Part shown: piece by piece, positions 9,680 through 18,389 of the stretch
Layout of the letters: every line of letters begins with the position of its first letter
Position numbering within the stretch: position 1 is the stretch's first letter
From: Acidimicrobiales bacterium
GTDB taxonomy: Bacteria > Actinomycetota > Acidimicrobiia > Acidimicrobiales > Bog-793
DNA: 64,000 bases
Assembly (NCBI GenBank): GCA_035294725.1
Contig: DATGKK010000019.1
Location: 594 to 64,593, forward strand
Reading direction: 5' to 3'
Notes under the pieces: model-generated
What the model was told of the DNA's origin: nothing
Seen by the model: only the letters and a program-made list of their open reading frames with translations
Databases searched by the model: none
Translations under genes and position numbers: made by a program

Positions 9680-9814
9680 ATGAAGCGCACCTTCCAGCCG
9701 AACAACCGCAAGCGGGCCCGCAAGCACGGATTCCGGCACCGCATGTCGACACGCGCCGGGCGTGCCATCTTGAAGGCACGGCGTCGCCGTGGTCGCGCCA
9801 ACCTCTCTGCCTGA
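9680..9814 (+). CDS. rpmH: 50S ribosomal protein L34
   Basis: Not in the ORF track because it is shorter than 60 aa. ATG at 9680 gives [44 protein letters not shown]-stop (TGA 9812-9814), the near-universal L34 sequence. It is divergent from dnaA. Confidence 0.93.
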   Translation: MKRTFQPNNRKRARKHGFRHRMSTRAGRAILKARRRRGRANLSA

Positions 9815-9872
9815 GGGGATCTGTCCGTCCGGCCAGCACGCCGGTGGTGGTCAACTCCGTTCTCGGCCAGCA

Positions 9873-10208
9873 TTGGCGTCGGTGCACGGCTCACGGGCTT
9901 TCCGCGCCCTCGGGCGCTCGCGCCGCCGTGCCAAGTCGGGACCGGTGACGGTACACTATGTGCCTGCTGCGCCCGCGGATGAGTCACGGTACGTGGCTTA
10001 TTCGATTCCTCGTCGAGTCGGCACTGCTGTCGAGCGGAACACCTATCGCCGCCGGCTGCGCGTCGTGGTTCGTGAGGTAGTAGCAGAGCTACCTGCCGGG
10101 ACGTACCTCATCGGAGTCGGGTCCGGCATCCGAGACGTCTCGTTCCAGGAACTGAGGAGACGAGTGACCGAAGCTATGAGTCGCGCAGGCGGGAGCGAGA
10201 TCCCTTGA
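9873..10208 (+). CDS. rnpA: RNase P protein component
   Basis: RNR-type motif [17 protein letters not shown], immediately after rpmH. The ORF track begins at 9789, overlapping rpmH. In-frame TTG 9873 or GTG 9882 give the usual length of about 110 aa. The start is uncertain. Confidence 0.8.
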   Translation: MASVHGSRAFRALGRSRRRAKSGPVTVHYVPAAPADESRYVAYSIPRRVGTAVERNTYRRRLRVVVREVVAELPAGTYLIGVGSGIRDVSFQELRRRVTEAMSRAGGSEIP

Positions 10209-10426
10209 GCACGCTCCGCCGATTCCTCATCGGCCTCATCAGGGCCTACCAGGCTGCCCGGTTCGGGCATCTGTCGCCGTGCCGGTTCCAGCCGAGCTGC
10301 TCGGAGTACGCCGTCGAAGCTATCGAACGACACGGCGCAGGCCGAGGCGTGTGGCTCGCTGTCCGCCGCATCTCCCGTTGTCACCCTCTTGGAGGGCGGG
10401 GCTTCGACCCCGTCCCGTCGGAGTGA
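10205..10426 (+). CDS. yidD: Membrane protein insertion efficiency factor YidD
   Basis: LIRAYQ...[21 protein letters not shown]...RISRCHPLG is the YidD signature. The start overlaps the rnpA stop. Confidence 0.88.
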   Translation: MSTLRRFLIGLIRAYQAARFGHLSPCRFQPSCSEYAVEAIERHGAGRGVWLAVRRISRCHPLGGRGFDPVPSE

Positions 10427-10430
10427 TCCC

Positions 10431-11666
10431 ATGATCCTGTCCTCGATCATCACCTCGATCATCAGCCCCTTCGCCGACATCTTCGGCCAGGTGCTGGCGT
10501 TCTTCTACAGCTTCACTCACAGCTTCGGGCTCTCGATCGTCCTGCTCACCCTCACGGTGATGGTGGTCGTCTTCCCTCTCACCCGAGCCGGCACCCGCTC
10601 GATGATGCGGATGCAGATCCTCGCCCCGGAGCTGAAGAAGATCCAGCAGAAGTACAAGACACAGCCTGGCATGAGCACCGAGGAGCGCCAGGCGAACCGG
10701 ACTCAGCTCAACGAAGAGATGATGGCGCTCTACCGGGAGAACGGGGTCAACCCGACCGGTGGCTGCCTGCCGATGTTTTTGCAGTTCCCGATCTTCATCG
10801 TCCTCTATGACGTCATCCGGGGGATGACGAGGACGGTCACGGTTGGAAAGGGGTCGCACCTCCACCAGATCCTGAGCCCGCAGTACATCCCGACGAACTC
10901 CTCGCTCTATCACGCTGTCAAGGCGAGCCACGGAGTGCTCGGCTTCCTCGGACTCAACCTCGCTGACTCGGTGCGCACGACCGGACTGAGCTGGAGCGGA
11001 AAGGTCCCCTACATCGCCGTCATCCTGATCGCCGTCGTGCTCCAGTACGTCTCCATGTGGCAGATCACGACTCGGAACCCAGCGGCGCAGCAGGCGAACC
11101 CGCAGATGCAGGCGATCCAGAAGTTCATGCCGCTGATCTTCGTGATCTTCTACATCGTGCTGCCTGCGGGCGTCGGCGTGTACTTCATCGTCTCGAGCCT
11201 GTTCAGAGTCGGCCAGCAGGAGTACATGTACAAGCACGACCCGAAGGTGCAAGAGTCGATCGCGCAGATCCGGAAGATGAGGGCTGCGATCGACGTCAAA
11301 GCAAAGGCGGCGGCTGAGAAAAGTGGCGCCACCTCCGGCGGCCGTGCCCCCGCTGCCGCTACCGACGGCGCCCGTAAGAGCTTCCGCGAGCGCCTCCGCG
11401 ACGCCCGAGCGGGTCTCACCGGAGAACTACCGACGGCGCCCGGCGGTGGCGACGGGCAACAGCAGGTCGCCCGCAATCAGAACGGCAAGGCTTCCCGGAA
11501 TGGCGCTCCTGGTTCGAGCGGCGGGACTCGTGGCGGGTCACGATCCGGTGCTGCAGCCAGGACGAACGGAAACGGAAACGGGTCGAAGGGCAGCCAGAAC
11601 CGCCAGCCTGCGAGCGCCGGATCTTCGCGCAACCGAGCTCGCGACAAGCGCTCACGGCGACCCTGA
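10431..11666 (+). CDS. yidC: Membrane protein insertase YidC with a long basic low-complexity C-terminal tail
   Basis: ATG at 10431 (MILSSIITSIISPFADIFGQV). Conserved blocks MMRMQILAPELKKIQQKYK, NPTGGCLPMFLQFPIFIVLY and MPLIFVIFYIVLPAGVGVYFIVSSLFRVGQQ. The last 130 aa or so are Gly/Ser/Arg/Asn-rich. Confidence 0.9.
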   Translation: MILSSIITSIISPFADIFGQVLAFFYSFTHSFGLSIVLLTLTVMVVVFPLTRAGTRSMMRMQILAPELKKIQQKYKTQPGMSTEERQANRTQLNEEMMALYRENGVNPTGGCLPMFLQFPIFIVLYDVIRGMTRTVTVGKGSHLHQILSPQYIPTNSSLYHAVKASHGVLGFLGLNLADSVRTTGLSWSGKVPYIAVILIAVVLQYVSMWQITTRNPAAQQANPQMQAIQKFMPLIFVIFYIVLPAGVGVYFIVSSLFRVGQQEYMYKHDPKVQESIAQIRKMRAAIDVKAKAAAEKSGATSGGRAPAAATDGARKSFRERLRDARAGLTGELPTAPGGGDGQQQVARNQNGKASRNGAPGSSGGTRGGSRSGAAARTNGNGNGSKGSQNRQPASAGSSRNRARDKRSRRP

Positions 11667-11668
11667 CG

Positions 11669-12910
11669 GTGGAGTGGGTCGAGGCGACGGGCGAGACCGT
11701 CGCGGACGCGGTCGAACAGGCACTGGAGCGCCTCGGAGTCGCGCAGCCCGACGCGGAGGTAGTCGTCCTGGAGGAGCCGAGGAGCTCGATGTTCGGGCTC
11801 CGTAAGACGGCAGCTCGAGTCCGCGTACGAGTCCGCCCGGTCCAGGCAAGAGCAAAGCGCCCCTCCCGCAGGCCTTCCTCCGGCGTGGAGACCAGGGCGA
11901 GCCGTGGACGTGGTGGAAAGTCGAGATCACGCGCTGGCGCCGGCGAGGAAGCGCCGGCGGGGCCGTCCGCAGGCGAAGCCCGGAGGCGACGCGAAAGCGG
12001 GCCCGCCAGAGCACAAGCGAGCGCCAGCGCCGTCACTCGAACTGAAGCGGCCGATGCTCAGCCCCGGCCAGACCGTGACGCGACGGCTCCCGATGGACCG
12101 CGGAGTCGTCGGCGGCGCCGGCGAGGCGGTGGATCGAGAGCGCGAGAGGCCGGCGCCGAGCTGCATCGTGACGGGGCTGATTCCAGGCAGTCTGCAGGAG
12201 GGCAGCCAAACCCGAGCGAGGAAAATGGGAACAGTGCGCAGGACCGGCTACCTGGTCGCGAGGGTGCTCGGGGCCGGTCGAGTCCTGGGAGGCGGTCCGA
12301 TCTGGGACAGGTTTCGGCAGGCTCGAGAGATGGCGCAGCCGGAGCAAGCTTGGGGCTGCTGACCGAGGAGGAAGAGATGAGCATCGAAGCGCAGGCGGAG
12401 CTGGCAGAGAAGTTTGTGCGGGGGGTTATCGGCTCCTTTGGTCTCGATGCGACGACCACGGTCGAGATCTCAGAGGAGGTCATCCGCATCGACGTGACCG
12501 GCGAGAACCTCGGGATCTTGATTGGTCCGCGTGGTGCCACGGCTGATGCGTTGCAGGAGCTCACTCGGACGGCAGTGCAGCGCAGGGCCGAGGAGCACGG
12601 CGGTGTGCGCATCGTCGTCGACGTGGGTGGGTACCGTCTCCGCCGAGCCGCGGCACTCCAGCAATTCACACGACGGGTTGCGAGTGAGGTGCTGGAGTCC
12701 GGAGAGGCGCAAGCTCTCGACCCGATGAACCCCGCCGACCGCAAGATCGTCCACGACACGGTGAACGAGATCGAAGGCGTGAGAACGATCTCGGAGGGCG
12801 ACGAGCCCCGGCGCTACGTCGTGATCGTGCCGTCGCAGAGCTCCCGGGAGGACAGCAGGTCCGAGAGCTCGGATCCCGCGGAGGAGCCAGACGCGGCTTC
12901 GGCCGGCTGA
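11669..12910 (+). CDS. jag: Jag/KhpB-type RNA-binding protein (Jag_N + KH + R3H) with a large disordered insert
   Basis: N-terminus VEATGETVADAVEQALERLGV...VVVLEEP. KH-like LGILIGPRGATADALQELT. R3H-like LDPMNPADRKIVHDTV. About 180 aa of Arg/Ala/Gly/Ser-rich sequence lie between them. Confidence 0.8.
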   Translation: MEWVEATGETVADAVEQALERLGVAQPDAEVVVLEEPRSSMFGLRKTAARVRVRVRPVQARAKRPSRRPSSGVETRASRGRGGKSRSRAGAGEEAPAGPSAGEARRRRESGPARAQASASAVTRTEAADAQPRPDRDATAPDGPRSRRRRRRGGGSRAREAGAELHRDGADSRQSAGGQPNPSEENGNSAQDRLPGREGARGRSSPGRRSDLGQVSAGSRDGAAGASLGLLTEEEEMSIEAQAELAEKFVRGVIGSFGLDATTTVEISEEVIRIDVTGENLGILIGPRGATADALQELTRTAVQRRAEEHGGVRIVVDVGGYRLRRAAALQQFTRRVASEVLESGEAQALDPMNPADRKIVHDTVNEIEGVRTISEGDEPRRYVVIVPSQSSREDSRSESSDPAEEPDAASAG

Positions 12911-12926
12911 GCTCGAGGGGGACGCG

Positions 12927-13697
12927 ATGGTGCCCGAGCTCGGGCCCGTCCGCTTAAAGCTTGTGGAGGCGCAGAGCCTCGGCTTTCTCGGACCAGCGCC
13001 GGTCGACGACCAGCTCGAGCACTCGTCCGCCTTCGTCACCGTCATCCGGCGCCTGGTTGCTCCTATTGGGGCCAGCACAGAGCGCCTCTCGGAGTCTCGG
13101 CGCTCGCCGGTGACCGCTATTGCTCGTCCGGACGGAGGCGATCACGAGCTTCTCAGGATCGCCGACCTCGGATCAGGTGGAGGCCTTCCAGGGCTCGTTG
13201 TTGCCTCACTGATGCCGGGTGCACGGGTCTACTTGATCGAGGGATCGATGCGCCGTGCCGACTGGCTCGCGAAGGTCACCGCTGAGCTGGAGTTGCGCAA
13301 CGTCGAGGTTGTGGGTGCCCGGGCAGAGCTGGCGGGCCGTTCGGCAGAGCTCCGGGGGACGATGCAGGTCGTGACCTCGCGGTCGTTCGGACCCACAGCG
13401 GTGGTCGCCGAGTGCGCTGCCCCCCTACTCTTGCCCGGCGGTGTGCTCGTCGTGTCGGAGCCACCCGAGAGCGAGCATCTTCGCTGGTCATCGAGACAGG
13501 ACGTGGCGATTCCCTCCGAGCGGAGGACGCATCTCGATGGCCGTTGGCCGCCGCCGGCCCTCGGGCTGCTCGGGCTGTCAGGGGCGGAGCCGGTCCAAGA
13601 AGGAGGACGGAGCTTCGCGGTGCTCACACTCCGTGCTCCATGTCCGGAGCGCTTTCCCCGTAGAACCGGGGTGCCCGAGAAGAGACCGCTCTTTTGA
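12927..13697 (+). CDS. rsmG: 16S rRNA (guanine527-N7)-methyltransferase RsmG (GidB)
   Basis: SAM-binding IADLGSGGGLPGLVVA. Conserved slot between jag and parA. Confidence 0.85.
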   Translation: MVPELGPVRLKLVEAQSLGFLGPAPVDDQLEHSSAFVTVIRRLVAPIGASTERLSESRRSPVTAIARPDGGDHELLRIADLGSGGGLPGLVVASLMPGARVYLIEGSMRRADWLAKVTAELELRNVEVVGARAELAGRSAELRGTMQVVTSRSFGPTAVVAECAAPLLLPGGVLVVSEPPESEHLRWSSRQDVAIPSERRTHLDGRWPPPALGLLGLSGAEPVQEGGRSFAVLTLRAPCPERFPRRTGVPEKRPLF

Positions 13698-13766
13698 CTG
13701 GAGCGTCCGGCGCTCGCCGCTCTAATCAGCCGCATCCTGGCGAAGCAAGCTTTCCCCCGAGCGGGA

Positions 13767-13782
13767 GGTTTCACGTGGAACA
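13767..13782. promoter_or_regulatory. parS centromere site 1
   Basis: GGTTTCACGTGGAACA matches the parS consensus TGTTTCACGTGAAACA at 14 of 16 positions. It lies upstream of parA. Confidence 0.8.
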
Positions 13783-13820
13783 TCGGTCAGCCACAACGCC
13801 GGTCCCGTGAGGCGAAGCAA

Positions 13821-13836
13821 TGTTCCACGTGGAACC
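13821..13836. promoter_or_regulatory. parS centromere site 2
   Basis: TGTTCCACGTGGAACC contains the perfect 14-bp palindrome GTTCCACGTGGAAC. It lies 54 bp from site 1. Confidence 0.8.
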
Positions 13837-13920
13837 ATTGCCACGTAGTCCTTTTGGCGAGAGCGGCCGCGGACTACACTCGCTCGCACCGCAGCTCTTG
13901 CCGTAGGGACGTCGCTGCGC

Positions 13921-14910
13921 GTGCCGACCCCGTCCGGTAGACCCTCCAGCTTTCCGTGGAGCTCCATGAACGATCATCCTGAACCGGCGGTCATGGCCGA
14001 GAAGGAACCGGCCCCCGGCCCCGCTGCGATCCTCGATGCCGATGCGGAGCAGTCGTTGGCGACGGACGGTCACGCAGGATCTGGCGGCACGGAAGCGGCC
14101 GCAACGCCGACGGCGCGGCCACCTGCCGTTGCCCCCCGCGTTACGACCCCGCGAGTTATCGCGTTGGCCAACCAGAAGGGTGGCGTCGGAAAGACCACGA
14201 CGGCAGTCAACCTCGGTGCTGCACTGGCCGATCTCGGCTTCAGGGTTCTCATCGTCGACCTCGATCCGCAGGGCAATGCGAGTACCGGGCTCGGGATCGA
14301 CCCGCGCACCTTCGACTCCTCCATGTACGACGTGCTCCTCCACGACGTACCCCTAGAGGACTGCATTGAACCGACGAGCATCCGGAACCTCTTCCTCGCT
14401 CCCTCGACCCTCGATCTCGCTGGGGCGGAAATCGAGTTGGTACCAGCACTCAGCCGGGAGTTTCGCCTCCGTCGTGCCATCGAGCCAGTGAAAGACGACT
14501 TCGCATTCGTCTTCATCGATTGTCCACCGTCCCTCGGTCTGATCACGCTCAACGCTCTCACTGCGGCGACCGAGGTGCTGGTTCCTATCCAGTGTGAGTA
14601 CTACGCCCTTGAGGGCGTCTCGCAACTCACCCGGAATGTGGAGCTGGTGCGGGCGAATCTCAACCCCACCCTCTCCGTGCGAACCATCGTCCTCACGATG
14701 TACGACGCCCGGACCAAGCTCTCGGACTCAGTTGTGGCCGAGGTGCGCACTCACTTCGGAGAGATTGTGGCGAAGAACGTCATCCCCCGTACCGTCCGCA
14801 TATCGGAGGCGCCGTCGTTTGGCGAGCCGATCACGGTCCACGATCCGAGCTCGCGCGGTGCCATCGCCTACCGCGAGTTGGCGAAGGAGGTCAGTGGTGT
14901 CTCGTCGTAG
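13921..14910 (+). CDS. parA: Chromosome partitioning ATPase ParA/Soj
   Basis: Deviant Walker A KGGVGKTTTAVNLGAALA, VLIVDLDPQGNAS, FIDCPPSLG. The start is uncertain: in-frame ATGs at 13966 and 13993 would shorten the Pro/Ala-rich N-terminus. Confidence 0.9.
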   Translation: MPTPSGRPSSFPWSSMNDHPEPAVMAEKEPAPGPAAILDADAEQSLATDGHAGSGGTEAAATPTARPPAVAPRVTTPRVIALANQKGGVGKTTTAVNLGAALADLGFRVLIVDLDPQGNASTGLGIDPRTFDSSMYDVLLHDVPLEDCIEPTSIRNLFLAPSTLDLAGAEIELVPALSREFRLRRAIEPVKDDFAFVFIDCPPSLGLITLNALTAATEVLVPIQCEYYALEGVSQLTRNVELVRANLNPTLSVRTIVLTMYDARTKLSDSVVAEVRTHFGEIVAKNVIPRTVRISEAPSFGEPITVHDPSSRGAIAYRELAKEVSGVSS

Positions 14911-15865
14911 CGGCCTCGGGCGGGGCTTGGGTGCGCTCATTCCCCAGGCAACCACCATCTCGAGCGAGTCGGCCCTCCGGCATGTGCCGCTCAGCCAGAT
15001 CCGGCCCAACCAGTTCCAGCCGAGGACGAACTTCGATGAGGAGGCCCTTTCTTCACTAGTCGACTCGGTCAAGGCTGTCGGTGTCCTCCAGCCCATCCTG
15101 GTGCGCCAGGTAGGCGCCGACGAGTACGAGCTGATCGCCGGCGAACGCCGCTTCCGCGCTGCCCACCGAGCCGGCCTTGCGACCATCCCGGCGCTGGTGA
15201 GCACCGTCGACGACGCCACGAGCCTCGAGCATGCCCTCGTCGAGAACATCCACCGGGAGGACCTCAACGCCCTTGATGAGGCAGGCGCTTATCAGCAACT
15301 GATCGAGGACTTCGGGATGACTCACGAGGAGGTGGGCCGCCGCGTCGGCAAGAGTCGGGTCGCGATCACAAATGCTCTTCGGCTGTTCCAGCTACCTCCT
15401 GCGGTGCAGCGCCTTGTGCGCGACGGATTGCTCTCTCCGGGAGCAGCTCGAGCCCTCCTCGCAACACCGGACCGTGGCCTGCAAGAGGAGATAGCCCGGG
15501 AGGCGGTTCAAGAGGGCCTCTCGGTGAGAGCGATCGAGGCGCTCGTACGGTCTCGCTCGATTCCTGACGACGACTCCATGGGAGAGGCGGACGGATCGGT
15601 TGACGGGTACTCAGACAACCCGGACACGTACGCCGGGGACGAGGAAGAGGAGAGCTCGTCAGTCGCGAGCAAGCCGGCGTCTGCCGGCCTCAGGCCCCCG
15701 GGGGTGCTCGACCTCGAAGAGCTGCTCGGCGACCATCTCAACACCCGCGTCAGGATCGAGATGGGCAAGGGTCGCGGTCGCGTCATGATCGAGTTCGCGA
15801 CCCTCGACGATCTCGAGCGCATCTACCGCGTCATCATCGCCGACACGCGTCCGCGACCTTCGTGA
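14894..15865 (+). CDS. parB: Chromosome partitioning protein ParB/Spo0J
   Basis: A GTG at 14894 overlapping the parA 3' end gives VVSRRSGLGRGLGALIP. ParB box IRPNQFQPRTNFDEEALSSLVDSVKAVGVLQPILVRQ and ELIAGERRFRAA. The ORF-track start (14594) lies inside parA and is rejected. Confidence 0.9.
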   Translation: MVSRRSGLGRGLGALIPQATTISSESALRHVPLSQIRPNQFQPRTNFDEEALSSLVDSVKAVGVLQPILVRQVGADEYELIAGERRFRAAHRAGLATIPALVSTVDDATSLEHALVENIHREDLNALDEAGAYQQLIEDFGMTHEEVGRRVGKSRVAITNALRLFQLPPAVQRLVRDGLLSPGAARALLATPDRGLQEEIAREAVQEGLSVRAIEALVRSRSIPDDDSMGEADGSVDGYSDNPDTYAGDEEEESSSVASKPASAGLRPPGVLDLEELLGDHLNTRVRIEMGKGRGRVMIEFATLDDLERIYRVIIADTRPRPS

Positions 15866-16564
15866 GAGCTGACCGCGCTGGGCGTCGAGCCTCACGGTCG
15901 ACCCCAGGGTTTCGTTTCTTCACCCTCTGCTCGCGCGCCTCGACCGAGCTGTCGGGAGCGCGCTCCAGGCACCGACCGAGAACCCTCGTCTCCCGGTGCT
16001 GGAAGGCCGACCATCGTGCTCGCCGTGCCGGACATCCGGTGCGGCCGTTTGGAATGGGCCTGAGAATGTGCTGGGTGCAGCTGCCGAGTGGACCCGTTGC
16101 GATGGCATTTGGTCAACTTCCGGTGAGCGACGAACCGCAGGGCGCCGGTGCGAGTCTGCGCGATGACCGCTGACCTTCCCTCACTTGCGTTTCAAAGTCG
16201 CCGCTTCGTGGAGTAGCTGGCCGACAGGAAGGACAACGCCGACAGGAGGGACTAGGGCTGGCGGCGGACCCTCCAGCTCTGTTGGGTGGATTGGCGGCCC
16301 AGAACGAGAGAGTCCATGCCTCGCGAAGACCCTCCGCCGCCTCTCGAGATCGAGCCTGCGCCTCGCCGGGGCTGGCCGAGGGGTCTAATGGTTCGCCGGC
16401 GCGGTTCGGGTCACGCTGGGCGGCGGACAGGAGCTTCGTACAGCCGTGAACAGGACTGTTTCACTGACTGGGCCGCTCGCCCGCCCGCCCGGAAGGGGCA
16501 GTCGTGCGACGTCGTCTCAGGCATAGATCGAGGTTGACGGGTGACCTCCACCTGTGATGAATGG

Positions 16565-16595
16565 TTATCCACAACCTGTGCATGAGATTGTGGAT
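16565..16595. promoter_or_regulatory. Inverted pair of DnaA-box-like 9-mers in the parB/cwlM convergent gap
   Basis: TTATCCACA (16565-16573, the E. coli-type consensus) and TTGTGGATG (16588-16596). The arms ATCCACAA 16567-16574 and TTGTGGAT 16588-16595 are perfect reverse complements separated by 13 nt. Confidence 0.4.
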
Positions 16596-16680
16596 GATGC
16601 GAGCTCAAGCCACCCATAGGAGCTGGTGAGCAGGCAATCTGTGAGGTGCTCCCGGCATCGCGACCTGCTCCTGGTCCTGC

Positions 16681-17802
16681 TCAGGCGCTCTCGCTCCAGT
16701 CCTTGGCAACCCATTCCACCAGGGCGTCGGTGATCGCTGCTGCCAGCACGGTTGTCCGCATGGTGACGACGGCAGGTGCGCCGAGCTCTACGACGACGGC
16801 AGGCATCTTCGTCTGGCGGAGCACGGCCAGCGCCATCCCGTCCGACCCCTCGTCCAGCAGATCAAGAGCGGTGGTCACCCGTTCCAGGATGAGCTGAGCC
16901 AGGTGGCGGCTCGTTTCCGACTCGTACCGGTAGCCGCGGTAGTAGATGGTGCGCACGCCGCGGCGTGCCGGCTCGAGCCGCAATGCGATGAGGCAGTGGG
17001 CCCCGGCCGTGTTGGCAGCGTCAGCTTGCGCGGACTCGTCGTGGTCGTGCACCAGCACCGGCTGGGCGCCAACGGCCACGAGGGCCCGAGCCAAGGCCGC
17101 GGCACCGCTTTGGAACCCACCCGGCTCTGCCACGATGATCGTGCGCTCTCGTAGGCTCCCCTTCGAGTCGACGACCTGCAATCGCTCCCTTACCGCCGTG
17201 ACGAGGTCCTCGCCACCTCGTCGAGGTGAGAGCTTCGACAGCTCAGCCAAGGTCCGCGGGCCGCAGATGCCGTCGTTCGCAATGCCGATGTTGTGCTGGA
17301 AGTCGGCCAGCGCGATCGCCGTCCGCTCGCCGAAGATCCCGTCCACACCGCCCGGATCGAACCCGAGGGAGGAGAGACGGCGCTGGAGCTCTGCCACGTC
17401 GTCCCCATGCAGCATGGGGACACGGAGGTAGAGGAGCCGGTCTCCCAGGCGGAAGCCGGCCTCGACAAGCGAGCTCCACGTGTAGCGACCGCAGACGCCG
17501 TCGCTTCGCAGGCCGCGGTCGCGTTGGAAGCGGCGGAGTGCCTCCGCCGTGGCTTCCCCGAAGCAGCCCGGACCGTCCCCGTCGGTGGTGTAACCCAATC
17601 GCTCGAGCCGCTGCTGCAGGTCCGCCACGCCCGGACCGGTGCTGCCCACCGCGAAGGGGAGGTCGATGTCCGACACCCCAGAGGACCTGGATCCCGCTGG
17701 GGCGTCGTCGGGCATCGGAGTCATGCTAAAGCCGCCAGCCGGCCGGCTGGCTGCGCTGGCGGACCCGAGGTCGGACGGGATCTGCAGGCTGCCGAGGGCC
17801 AC
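16681..17802 (-). CDS. cwlM: CwlM-like protein: two PG-binding domains plus an Amidase_3-like domain with a degenerate active site
   Basis: Two PG_binding_1 repeats: LQQRLERLGYTTDGDGPGCFGEATAEALRRFQRDRGLRSDGVCG, and LQRRLSSLGFDPGGVDGIFGERTAIALADFQHNIGIANDGICG. The amidase-like C-terminus begins TIIVAEPGG where active enzymes have DPGHGG. Same slot as Rv3915, next to trxA and trxB. Confidence 0.78.
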   Translation of the reverse strand: MALGSLQIPSDLGSASAASRPAGGFSMTPMPDDAPAGSRSSGVSDIDLPFAVGSTGPGVADLQQRLERLGYTTDGDGPGCFGEATAEALRRFQRDRGLRSDGVCGRYTWSSLVEAGFRLGDRLLYLRVPMLHGDDVAELQRRLSSLGFDPGGVDGIFGERTAIALADFQHNIGIANDGICGPRTLAELSKLSPRRGGEDLVTAVRERLQVVDSKGSLRERTIIVAEPGGFQSGAAALARALVAVGAQPVLVHDHDESAQADAANTAGAHCLIALRLEPARRGVRTIYYRGYRYESETSRHLAQLILERVTTALDLLDEGSDGMALAVLRQTKMPAVVVELGAPAVVTMRTTVLAAAITDALVEWVAKDWSESA

Positions 17803-17987
17803 GCCCCCCGGCTTACCCAGGCGACCTCGGAGCCATGCCGTCAGGCGCCCGCCTCGGGGCCAGGCCGGGGGCGGACTAGCGCAGCTGCTCGACTGCGTGG
17901 AGCGCCGATCTGCCGACTACCAAATTAGCAGTTCTACTGACATAAGATGTAGCCCACCCTGCAGAGAACGTGGTGCGCCCGAGCGGG

Positions 17988-18317
17988 TCAGGCGAGATGC
18001 GGCTCGAACTCTGCCAGGATCTGGCTCTTGCTGCGAGCCCCCACGATGCGGCCCGCCATCTCGCCGTCCTTGAAGAGGATGAGGGTCGGGATCGACATGA
18101 CCTGGAACCGTTGCGCCGTGCGGGGGTTGTCGTCGACGTTGAGCTTGGCAACCTTTAGCTGGCCGGCCTTGTCGCCAGCGATCTCCTCCAGCACCGGAGC
18201 GACCATCTTGCAGGGGCCACACCACTCCGCCCAGAAGTCGACGACGACGGGCGTGTCCGAGGCTCCTACCTCCTCGTCGAAGGTGTCGTCGCTCACCGTG
18301 ATGATGTTGTCGGCCAT
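17988..18317 (-). CDS. trxA: Thioredoxin
   Basis: 109 aa with VVDFWAEWCGPCKMVAP. Confidence 0.95.
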   Translation of the reverse strand: MADNIITVSDDTFDEEVGASDTPVVVDFWAEWCGPCKMVAPVLEEIAGDKAGQLKVAKLNVDDNPRTAQRFQVMSIPTLILFKDGEMAGRIVGARSKSQILAEFEPHLA

Positions 18318-18389
18318 GTTCTTTCCTTTACCTTGGGTCGTGCTCGGTCGTGTCGTGCTCGTCTCGAGATTCGCGGGAGCCAGGCAGCC

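Noticed and set aside
10320-11252. 310-aa minus-strand ORF opposite yidC
   Set aside because: It is antisense to a well-supported YidC, has His/Asp/Arg-rich junk composition and no motifs.
16195-16330. Possible RNase P RNA: AGTCGCCGCTTCGT resembles the 5' region of E. coli M1 RNA, and GAGAGAGTCCATGCC resembles the GGAAAGUCCGGGC core
   Set aside because: The universally conserved GAAAGUCCGGGCUCC element is not present intact (AU replaces GG). I could find neither the ACAGAACCCGGCUUA-type 3' element nor the GGGUGAAA region. The resemblance is probably coincidental, though a covariance-model scan would settle it.
15862-16537. ORFs of 62-103 aa inside the parB/cwlM gap (15862-16173+, 15892-16116-, 15920-16108-, 16185-16388+, 16286-16537+, 16411-16617-)
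   Set aside because: They have Arg/Ser/Pro-rich compositions, no Shine-Dalgarno sequences, weak third-position GC bias compared with neighbouring genes, and they overlap one another. None is convincing as a gene.
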